Positions 1 through 7,821 of a stretch of DNA of 32,000 nt are shown piece after piece. The position numbers were made by a program, and so were the translations under genes. Source of the DNA: Methanococcus maripaludis (GTDB lineage Archaea; AGJL01; Methanococci; Methanococcales; Methanococcaceae). Under the pieces are notes generated by a model, which saw only the letters and a list, made by a program, of their open reading frames with translations, was not told where the DNA came from and searched no databases. The DNA lies in contig NZ_CP026606.1 in the NCBI RefSeq assembly GCF_002945325.1, positions 210,001-242,000 of the forward strand. The letters are read 5' to 3'. Position 1 is the first letter of the stretch. Each line of letters starts with the position of its first letter.

Positions 1-127
1 AACTGGTCTGTAAAACACTGCAATTTTTGTTACTTGTGTGAACATTGACAGCTTTGACTTCTGATTTATGATAATCCTTTTCAAAATGTTCAACAGGCTT
101 TAAACAATACGGACAGATTTTAATCAA
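1..127 (-). CDS. Partial CDS running off the left edge; small CxxC-containing protein (MIKICPYCLKPVEHFEKDYHKSEVKAVNVHTSNKNCSVLQTS...)
   Basis: Open frame on the minus strand from TTG at 125-127 to the window edge with no stop, preceded by GAGGTG (complement of cacctc near 133-138); not in the supplied ORF track because it is truncated. Confidence 0.5.
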   Translation of the reverse strand, partial: MIKICPYCLKPVEHFEKDYHKSEVKAVNVHTSNKNCSVLQTS

Positions 128-562
128 AATAACACCTCAAAAAGAGGGGGAAATAGGAGTATTTAAAAAAAATCGATAGAGTTATCACGGGGGCGTATCT
201 TATTTTTCAACGATTGATAAATCTCAAAATAAGAATTAAAAAAATTTACTCTACCTGATTAAATAAAAGAGCTTATATTATTTATAATTTATTGAAATAA
301 CTATTTAAATTCGTTTTTGAAAGAATTGAAAGCTAAATTGTTTAAAAAAATATGCTGTATGAACCGGACTAAAAAACCGATGAAAACGCACAACCGGATT
401 ATTGAGTATATAAATAAAAAACGGAGTTACTGTTAACAATGCAAAATACCGGTTGCGGTATACTGTTAAATTTCAAGTCCAATAGCCTTAAAATTGAGCT
501 ATGAGAAAAAGAGCTATACTTTACCAATTGGTCTTTTGAGATATGCTTTAAAATCGTTTTAA

Positions 563-624
563 AAAGAAAGCGCAGAGGGAGGGATTTGAACCCCCGCTCC
601 CCAGTGGAGAACCGGATTTCAAGT
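563..624 (-). repeat. attachment-site repeat: displaced, diverged 3' fragment of tRNA-Ser (anticodon loop to 3' end plus 8 nt)
   Basis: aaagaaagcgcagagggagggatttgaacccccgctccccagtggagaaccggatttcaagt aligns without gaps to 18493-18554; similarity stops in the anticodon loop/stem. Confidence 0.92.
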
Positions 625-787
625 AATACGGTCAAAAAACGAGAAAACGCAGACGTTACATCGTAATTTAACGATTTTTCTGAAAAGAAGGATTTTCCTT
701 CGAGAAAGATGGTGAAAAGTAGTGAAGTGAAAACCGGATTTTATCCGGTGTTCAAAAACATAGTCCGGTATCCAATATCGCAAAATT

Positions 788-1474
788 TTAAAATTTTTTC
801 CCATTACTTTCCAATTTAACCATATGATCATATAGTTTTTTTGGAAGTATTGTAATTACTGACTTCGATAACCTTATTTCAACTTCATCTTCCGGTAAAA
901 CCAACAATCGTTTAAAAAATGACGATAAATTAATTTGTTTTGATTTTCCTACTTTTTTTACCGATTTATTTTTTAACATCGAGTCGGGTGTATCATCTGG
1001 GAGTTTCACGATTTGAAATCCACAGGGAAATTTACTTTCTTCATTTAAAAAAAATGGTTTTATCCACACGAAATCTCCTTCATCAATTCCAACCTTATCC
1101 AATAATGAGGAAGTAGAAAAATCAAGTGAATAACCTAACTTTTTGGAAATGATGTTTTCTTCATCCTTACTAATGGAAATTTCGCATAATTTATCTTTAA
1201 AATCAATAACCAAGTAATCCCCTTCAACCGCCCCCATATATTCCAACAATGCAGTCATGCTAATATCAAGACTTTTACCCATATTCACTTTTTTAGTAAA
1301 TGAAGGTCTTGATAAATAATAACCCCTTCCTTCTTCATCTGTTTTAAAAATATGAAATTTTCCATCATGATTTTCGGTAATCATTACTAAATCTCCTTCA
1401 TTTATGTTTAAATAATTCATTACCGACTTCATCGATGGATTAAGGGATTTTCCGAGTTTTACTGTTTTTATCAT
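788..1474 (-). CDS. AbrB/MazE-like DNA-binding protein with four tandem repeats; likely element regulator
   Basis: Four internal units: KTVKLGKSLNPSMKSVMNYLNINEGDLVMI, KKVNMGKSLDISMTALLEYMGAVEGDYLVI, KKLGYSLDFSTSSLLDKVGIDEGDFVWI, KKVGKSKQINLSSFFKRLLVLPEDEVEI; divergent from the integrase gene. Confidence 0.7.
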   Translation of the reverse strand: MIKTVKLGKSLNPSMKSVMNYLNINEGDLVMITENHDGKFHIFKTDEEGRGYYLSRPSFTKKVNMGKSLDISMTALLEYMGAVEGDYLVIDFKDKLCEISISKDEENIISKKLGYSLDFSTSSLLDKVGIDEGDFVWIKPFFLNEESKFPCGFQIVKLPDDTPDSMLKNKSVKKVGKSKQINLSSFFKRLLVLPEDEVEIRLSKSVITILPKKLYDHMVKLESNGKKF

Positions 1475-1536
1475 AATTTTATCTTTTTTTTTAATTAATA
1501 TATAAATATAATTGATTTTGATTAGATTACACGAAA

Positions 1537-1553
1537 AACTTATATATAATTAT
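1537..1553 (+). promoter_or_regulatory. Promoter of the integrase gene (BRE/TATA), bracketed by direct repeats TTACACGAAA (1527-1536 and 1567-1576)
   Basis: CGAAAAACTTATATATAATTATG ahead of the integrase CDS; two exact 10-mers 40 bp apart. Confidence 0.6.
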
Positions 1554-1589
1554 GACTATGATTAATTTACACGAAATTAGAAAAAACAA

Positions 1590-2603
1590 TTGGAGTTGAT
1601 TATTATGGACGATTTTGATCTCGATGAACTGAACAACTTAAAGGACTCGAAAAAATTAAAAAAAGTAAACAATGAAGAAGATTTTAAAAAACAAATGGAT
1701 TTTTATAAAAATGAACGGATAAGAATGGGTATTAAGGAATATACAATCAAACAAGACTGTTACCGAGTTAATTTTTTCTTCAAATGGTTAAAAGAAATGG
1801 GTTTTACTCAAAATAACCTTAACATAACGACTTTTGAATTATTTTTCGATTATATGAGGAAGAAAAGAAAAATCTCAAACAATACACAAAATAAAATCAT
1901 GATTTCCTTAAAAAAATATTTCGAAATAATTAACAATCCTTGTATGGACGAGTTTTTGAAAAAATATGAGAGGTCATTTTACAAAGCTGTTGAGAAAAAA
2001 GAAACCGATTTCATCGAACCAAGCGATGTGAAAATCATGTGTGATTATTTTGAAGAGAAAAAAGAAAAATCAGCTTTTCGATGCTTAGTTTTTCTAAGGG
2101 TGCTTTTTGAAACAGCTGGAAGATTTGGAGAAGTGTTGAAAATTAGAATTAGGGATATAGACTTTGAAAAAGGGATTATTCTCTTAAGAGAAACAAAAAC
2201 GAGCATTCCAAGAAAAGTAGCAGTGTCAAAAGAAGCTAAAGATGGGGAGATTGACACATTAACATATTTAAAATTCTTTTCAAAGGGAAAAAGCGGTGAT
2301 GATTGCCTTTTTCCTTCGGAAGATGATGTTAAAAAACCAATGTCAAAAAACGCTTTCTATCGGCATTATGTGAAGGCGGTTCGATACTTGAAAGATCAAA
2401 ACCCAAAATTGAAAAATAAACACATCACGGTACACACATTACGACACTCCAGAATTGTTGATCTTCTAAGACAGAAACACGAGATAGTTCTCGTGAAAGA
2501 ATACGCCGGACACGAGAACATTGAAACAACTATGATTTATGCTCACGCCTTACAGCGTATGAACGAAACTCTACCCATGTTTCAAGAAAATATCTACAAA
2601 TAA
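1590..2603 (+). CDS. Tyrosine recombinase / phage-type integrase
   Basis: C-terminal catalytic signature: ETAGRFGEVLKIRIRDI (Arg I), HTLRHSR (HxxR), AGHENIETTMIYAH (H/W and catalytic Tyr); N-terminal SAM-like core-binding region. Confidence 0.93.
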   Translation: MELIIMDDFDLDELNNLKDSKKLKKVNNEEDFKKQMDFYKNERIRMGIKEYTIKQDCYRVNFFFKWLKEMGFTQNNLNITTFELFFDYMRKKRKISNNTQNKIMISLKKYFEIINNPCMDEFLKKYERSFYKAVEKKETDFIEPSDVKIMCDYFEEKKEKSAFRCLVFLRVLFETAGRFGEVLKIRIRDIDFEKGIILLRETKTSIPRKVAVSKEAKDGEIDTLTYLKFFSKGKSGDDCLFPSEDDVKKPMSKNAFYRHYVKAVRYLKDQNPKLKNKHITVHTLRHSRIVDLLRQKHEIVLVKEYAGHENIETTMIYAHALQRMNETLPMFQENIYK

Positions 2604-2792
2604 TCATTTTTTTCTTACTTTTTTTACGTACTTTTTTTATTCATTTTTTAAAAATCATATAGCAAAGTATATATATCATTATTCGTATAAACCGCTCTCC
2701 GTACTCCAAATCATATATATAATTATAATTAGTCTTCTTTACGGGAGAAAAGTATTTATATGAGTTTTTACAATATAAAAGTGTGAAAAGAA

Positions 2793-3035
2793 GTGCATGG
2801 AATTGCACAGGTGTATAATTTAATGAACGAAGTTTTTAAAAATAACGAATTATATTCGTCAAAAGAAGTGTGTGAAACATTAAAAATTAGTATAAGAACC
2901 TTACGAAATTGGACTAAATTCGGAAAAATTGAATATCTTGAATTTAATGGAATTCATCGATTTCTTGGAAAAAATTTGAATGAAATTGCTGTAAAAAGAA
3001 ACTGTTTTATCAAAAACGGTGAGGTAGATGATTAA
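2793..3035 (+). CDS. Small MerR/excisionase-like winged-HTH protein (real start may be ATG 2823 after AGGTG)
   Basis: ELYSSKEVCETLKISIRTLRNWTKFGKIEYLEFNGIHRFLG matches the pattern of excisionase/MerR N-terminal HTH; overlaps the next gene by 8 nt. Confidence 0.7.
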   Translation: MHGIAQVYNLMNEVFKNNELYSSKEVCETLKISIRTLRNWTKFGKIEYLEFNGIHRFLGKNLNEIAVKRNCFIKNGEVDD

Positions 3036-5544
3036 TGTACAATCAGAAACCTCAAAAATGGAAAATAAAAACAGTAATATATTTACATATACTAATATAA
3101 ATAATTTACGGTTAAATTTCCTAAAAAAACTTTTTCAAAAGCAGTTTGAAGAAATTGATGGAGAAAAATACTTCGAAATTCGTTTGTTGAATCAAAATGG
3201 AAAACCAAAGTTTTTCAAAGTTGAAAATTTAGAAGATTTTGAAAATATTGATTTTGAAGAATTTAAAAAAGAAAATGAAAGTTACAATATTTATTTTTCT
3301 CAAAATTTGAGAAAAAAAGAAAGTGGAAAGGCTGAAAATACCTATGACTGTTACTCGTATGTGGTTTTGGACTTCGATTTCAATTTAAAGGAAAAAAATA
3401 ATAATAAAGCTTTAGAATTTTGTAAAAATAAATACAAATCGATAAAAAAAGAATTGGGAATGGTTCCTTCGTTTTCTGTATTCACTGGACACGGACTTCA
3501 TTTATATTTTACTTTAGAAAAAAATACAAATTTTGAAAATATTAAAAAAATAAAAAATATTGTTGAAAATTTAAAAAATCCAAATTTAAAAGGAATTGAT
3601 AGTAAGGTGTATTCTCCAAGTCAGATATTGAGATTACCGTACTTTAATAACATTAAAAATCCAAAAGAAGTTAAAAAATCGATAATTTTAGAAGAAAATG
3701 ATATTGAATATGATTTTGAAGAATTAAAAGAAAATTTGGAAAAATTAACTCCAAAAACTTCTAAAAAAGAATTTAAAACTATTGAAACACAAGAAAAAGA
3801 AATTAAAAGAGATATTTTCTTTGAAACTTTTCTAAAAAATGAAGAATTAAAAAAAGAAATTGCAGAAAAAGACGGAATTCAAAAGAATGATATTTTATTT
3901 AAAAACTTGGCGTTTTATGTTAAGAATTTTCTTGATTTAGAAGAACTTGCTTATGAATTCGTTGAAGAATGTGGACATTCAACAAAAGAATTTGAGGGAT
4001 GGCTCAGAAAAGACTCAAAAGAAGTAAATTATAGAGAAATTAGAAATTGGGTTGATTATCACCACATTAGTGAATTGAAAAATCTAATAGAAAAACAATT
4101 GAAAGATAAATGTGAATTTTTTGATAATTATAGTATTGCTTATGTTTACGGTCGAAAAAATGATTTCAGATACTTAGTTTTTGATGAAAAAACTAAAACA
4201 GGGGCATCACATAAGAAAAACCAATTAGTTGATTTTTTCAAGGGCGAATCTACTAAATTGGGATATAAATTAGTTGATTTATTAAACATCCCCCAAATTA
4301 ATGAAGAAAATGATAAACCGTACACTAAATCGCAATTAAATAGAATGATCTTTGATAAACTTGAAGAAAAATTTGAAGATGAGAATTTCTTGACAAATGT
4401 CTATGATGAAGGCTATGAACCTTCCGATAAACGTTTTTTCGAGTATCTTGGAAACAAATACATTAATACTTACCGAGCAGGAAAATTTGAAAATTATTTT
4501 GAACCAAAAGAAAAATATAATTTTAAATATATTGAAAAATTATTAAGACATATTACTGGTGATGATGATGATTGTTATAAATATTTTAATAAATGGTTAT
4601 CATATATTTTAAAAAATCCTACTGATAAATTACCAACATCTTTGATTTTTAAAGGAACGCAAGGTATTGGGAAAGGTCGTTTAAGGGAATGGATTTTAAA
4701 TAATATTTTTGGAGAACAAAATATAGATCAGATTGAAGAAGATATGATAAATAATAAATGGGGCGATTACGTCAAAAATAATAGATTTGTGATCGTAAAT
4801 GAAATAAAAATCGATAAAAATGATAAAAAATCATCTAAAAAAATTAAAACTTATTCTACAGATAAAGATATCTCGATACAGCAGAAAAATAAACCTTTAG
4901 AGAAAATTAAAAATTATTCACATTGGATTTTCTTTTCAGATCAAGATAACCCCATGAATTTAGAAAAAAAAGATAGAAGACACACAGTTTTCAATCAAGA
5001 CGATAAGATACCATATGAAATTGTTGAAAAACTCTCACCAGAGCGAAATAAAGGATATTTGGAACAAGAATTGAAAGAATACGTTTCTTATTTGAGAACT
5101 TTGAATCCTACTCATATGGAAGTGTCTAATCCGATGATGACTAAAGCGAAAAAAGATCTATTTAAAGAAAATGAAAAAGAAATCTTTGAAGCAATTAATT
5201 ATGATATTTTCAATTTATGCGGAAAAACAATTGATTCCCTTGCTAATGCGTTAAAAAAACGAGAAAAAAATATAATAGAATATATCGTTGGAAAATTGAA
5301 TAATAATGGTTTATATTTAAGAGAAAAAAATTATAAAATTGAATTGTGGATCACAAAAGAAGGATTGGGAAAGTTGGATAACTTCACCAAATTGGAACAG
5401 ATTAATGAAAGAAATTCACTTTCAAAAATTGCGAAAAGACAAGATTATAAATATAGCACAATCCGTTCTAAGGATGATGTAATACCCTTTGAAAATCCAA
5501 AAAAAGCTATGGAAATTGAAATTTGGGATTTTCAGAATTCCTAA
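3028..5544 (+). CDS. Primase-helicase (RepB/AEP-like primase N-terminal part, SF3/D5-like helicase C-terminal part)
   Basis: Acidic primase motif VVLDFDF, SVFTGHGLHLYFTL, then Walker A FKGTQGIGKGRL and Walker B-like VIVNEIKID, followed by IFFSDQDNPM. Confidence 0.82.
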   Translation: MINVQSETSKMENKNSNIFTYTNINNLRLNFLKKLFQKQFEEIDGEKYFEIRLLNQNGKPKFFKVENLEDFENIDFEEFKKENESYNIYFSQNLRKKESGKAENTYDCYSYVVLDFDFNLKEKNNNKALEFCKNKYKSIKKELGMVPSFSVFTGHGLHLYFTLEKNTNFENIKKIKNIVENLKNPNLKGIDSKVYSPSQILRLPYFNNIKNPKEVKKSIILEENDIEYDFEELKENLEKLTPKTSKKEFKTIETQEKEIKRDIFFETFLKNEELKKEIAEKDGIQKNDILFKNLAFYVKNFLDLEELAYEFVEECGHSTKEFEGWLRKDSKEVNYREIRNWVDYHHISELKNLIEKQLKDKCEFFDNYSIAYVYGRKNDFRYLVFDEKTKTGASHKKNQLVDFFKGESTKLGYKLVDLLNIPQINEENDKPYTKSQLNRMIFDKLEEKFEDENFLTNVYDEGYEPSDKRFFEYLGNKYINTYRAGKFENYFEPKEKYNFKYIEKLLRHITGDDDDCYKYFNKWLSYILKNPTDKLPTSLIFKGTQGIGKGRLREWILNNIFGEQNIDQIEEDMINNKWGDYVKNNRFVIVNEIKIDKNDKKSSKKIKTYSTDKDISIQQKNKPLEKIKNYSHWIFFSDQDNPMNLEKKDRRHTVFNQDDKIPYEIVEKLSPERNKGYLEQELKEYVSYLRTLNPTHMEVSNPMMTKAKKDLFKENEKEIFEAINYDIFNLCGKTIDSLANALKKREKNIIEYIVGKLNNNGLYLREKNYKIELWITKEGLGKLDNFTKLEQINERNSLSKIAKRQDYKYSTIRSKDDVIPFENPKKAMEIEIWDFQNS

Positions 5545-5580
5545 ATATACTTTTTTATTTTTTTTATATCGATTATTGAT

Positions 5581-6235
5581 TTGTAACCAGTTTTTTACGG
5601 GCTTAGAATGGTTATTTTCTAAAATGAAAGAATATCTTATCATTATTCTTTTTTCCAATATTTTGTAACCGGTTTGTAACCAGTTTTTGTTACATTTGTA
5701 ACCACTTTTTTGAGAACGTAGAGTGGTTATTTTTTAATTTAAAGACCATTTATTTATTTTAATTTTTTGTAACTAAAAATATATAATAAATTGATATTAA
5801 AAAAAATTAAATGTGAAAATACAAAATTGAATTATAAAATATATTTTTTAAAAAAAAAGTAATTTTCCCACTTTTTTGGTTACAAATTTTTTAAATCCCT
5901 AATCTTCCTTAGAATGGACTATACTCTTTAGAATGAACCCCTTTTTGTAACCATTTTTTGGTTACAAAATGGTTACAAAATGGTTACAAAAATTATAAAT
6001 TTTTTTAAATCCCTAATCTTCCTTAGAATGAACTTTACTCCTTAGAATGAACTCTTTTTTGTAACCATAATTTTGGTTACAAATTTTAATCGTGTCACGT
6101 TTTTATTTTTCTCCCCTTTCCCCCTCAAAATCAATAATTATAATAATATATAATAGTATTACAAAATTTAATTAAAAGAGTAAATATTAATATTATTAAT
6201 AACAATATTAATAATATAAAATCACGGATCCGTGT
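5581..6235. promoter_or_regulatory. Putative replication origin: iterons TGTAACC/GGTTACA (11 exact copies), TTAGAATG (5 copies), duplicated ~80-bp unit, A+T tract
   Basis: TGTAACC at 5582, 5664, 5675, 5697, 5946, 6060; GGTTACA at 5878, 5960, 5971, 5982, 6075; TTAGAATG at 5603, 5909, 5928, 6023, 6042; duplicated unit 5887-5970 and 6001-6085. Confidence 0.75.
5887..6085 (+). repeat. Tandem ~80-bp direct repeat (units 5887-5970 and 6001-6085, period 114-115)
   Basis: Both contain ttttttaaatccctaatcttccttagaatgRac...tactcYttagaatgaacYc...tttttgtaaccat..ttttggttacaaa. Confidence 0.9.
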
Positions 6236-6287
6236 TTTTATTTTTCTATAATTGTTCTTTCCACGAGAGGAAGAACAGGTGGTGGTA

Positions 6288-6590
6288 ATGTTAGGATTAG
6301 CAAGTAAGTTTGCAGAAAAAATGCTTTCAAATAAAGGACAATCCGTTCAAGTGACGGTTATTGAGGTTCTTGTTATTATTGTTACACTTTATGTTGCAAT
6401 GATTGTTTTAGGTTCATTAGAACCAGTTATGGATTCGGCAATTAATGATTCCAGCAACCTTGCAGGAGCGAAAGATTCCTTGACCACAAACACAGGTTCA
6501 GCATTTACAATTGGTGCAATCATACCTTTAATTGTGTTTGCGATGGCAGTTATCGGAGTTATTGCTAATGTATTCGGCGGACAGGAGTAA
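6288..6590 (+). CDS. ~100-aa two-TM protein; candidate major capsid protein of a spindle-shaped-type virus (track ORF 6252-6590; start at ATG 6288 after GGTGGTGG preferred)
   Basis: MLGLASKFAEKMLSNKGQSVQVTVIEVLVIIVTLYVAMIVLGSLEPVMDSAINDSSNLAGAKDSLTTNTGSAFTIGAIIPLIVFAMAVIGVIANVFGGQE: short, two hydrophobic helices with a small-residue linker; isolated, with a long untranslated leader. Confidence 0.55.
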   Translation: MLGLASKFAEKMLSNKGQSVQVTVIEVLVIIVTLYVAMIVLGSLEPVMDSAINDSSNLAGAKDSLTTNTGSAFTIGAIIPLIVFAMAVIGVIANVFGGQE

Positions 6591-6598
6591 TTTACAAT

Positions 6599-6623
6599 TG
6601 GGGAGTGATGTTTTCCCCCCAAA
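6599..6623 (+). terminator. Possible stem-loop just after the capsid-like gene (TTGGGG ... CCCCAA)
   Basis: ttggggagtgatgttttccccccaaa immediately 3' of the stop codon. Confidence 0.4.
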
Positions 6624-7013
6624 TGAACCGTAAAATTTAAACAATTTTTGTATTCATTCACTTTTCACCTTATTTTTATAAAAAAAGGATAAAAAATTGA
6701 AAAAAATGATATAAAGAAATATTAATTTTTTTCAATTTTCCTTTAAATTTTAAAAAAATTTACAAATTGGGGATGATTGTTTTCTCCCTTTGACAAAAAT
6801 AATATTATTAATACATTTCCAAATATTAGGACGAGAAGAAGTAATTTTCTATTTAATAGAAAATTATGTTTTTCTTTAAAAAAAGAAACTTTTTTATGAA
6901 TAATTTTAAATTTTAAAGATCGCTATGATCTGCGTTCCCATTTTCAAGATCGTTTAATATATATAGTCCTTTAGACACATTTTTTATTATAAATTAAAAA
7001 GGGGGCGAGGATT

Positions 7014-7340
7014 ATGAAGTGTTTTCCGATACCAGATGGAAAAATAAAAGCATTTCCGATAAAAACTTCTGAAAAGTCAAAAAAACCACAAAATAATGTT
7101 CAACAACCACAAGAACGAGTTATTGAACGAGTTATTGTTCCTGAAAGGATTATTGAACGACCAGTTGAAAGGATTGTTGAGGTTCCAGTTGAGAGGGTGG
7201 TTGAAAAACCAATATATCAGAACCGACAAAATCCAATGTCAAACGCGGTAAAAACAATTGGTTTGGTGATAGTTTCCACATATATCGTTTTATCCTTATT
7301 GGGTTTGGATTTGCCAACGTTAATTTCATTTTTTAGATAA
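7014..7340 (+). CDS. Membrane-anchored protein with charged VE/VP repeat region (alveolin-like periodicity) and one C-terminal TM
   Basis: ERVIERVIVPERIIERPVERIVEVPVERVVEKPI followed by TM helix TIGLVIVSTYIVLSLLGLDLPTLISFF. Confidence 0.6.
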   Translation: MKCFPIPDGKIKAFPIKTSEKSKKPQNNVQQPQERVIERVIVPERIIERPVERIVEVPVERVVEKPIYQNRQNPMSNAVKTIGLVIVSTYIVLSLLGLDLPTLISFFR

Positions 7341-7533
7341 TAAATTTTATTTTTTTTTAGAAAAATATATTTATTAATTTAAATTTATAAAATAATACCA
7401 TTCTTTTTTCAATTTATATATATAAGATTATTTATTCATACATATATTAATAATAGTAATACTTATATATTATTAAGACTATATATATTTTCATTGATTT
7501 TTATGGAAAAAATGTTTTAATAAAAATGGTGAG

Positions 7534-7821
7534 GTGGAAATGCTTGGAAGTCAGAAAAATATGTCAAAAACTCAAATTATATTCATTGGATTTGGGAATA
7601 TTTGTCTAACTCTTGTATATTGGTATATATTGGTTTTTATCGTTGGGCAACTTGATGTTGCTTTCTATCCATTAGTTAATGGATATACAACTTACATGGA
7701 ATGGTATCCGTATATCGTTTTATTAGTAAACTATCACCCGATCTTAATAGTTCTCTACTGTGTTGCTTGGATGTACTTTAGGGGAAACGAGGTCGATGCT
7801 TCAAGAAATGTGATTTATTAG
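7534..7821 (+). CDS. Small polytopic membrane protein (start possibly ATG 7540)
   Basis: Hydrophobic segments IIFIGFGNICLTLVYWYILVFIVG and YIVLLVNYHPILIVLYCVAWMYF; RBS gaggtgg. Confidence 0.6.
   Translation: MEMLGSQKNMSKTQIIFIGFGNICLTLVYWYILVFIVGQLDVAFYPLVNGYTTYMEWYPYIVLLVNYHPILIVLYCVAWMYFRGNEVDASRNVIY

Noticed and set aside
399-831. ORFs 399..635(-) and 619..831(-)
   Set aside because: They overlap the attL tRNA fragment and non-coding end region and have no motif or good RBS; chance open frames.
5581-6247. CRISPR-like interpretation of the repeated GGTTACA/TTAGAATG region
   Set aside because: Repeats are 7-11 bp, in both orientations and irregularly spaced, with no cas genes nearby; iteron/origin pattern is a better fit. 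No CRISPR array was seen in the window.
6252-6287. N-terminal extension MFFPREEEQVVV of the capsid-like ORF
   Set aside because: It starts at TTG and reads through the GGTGGTGG ribosome-binding region; ATG 6288 directly after it is more plausible.
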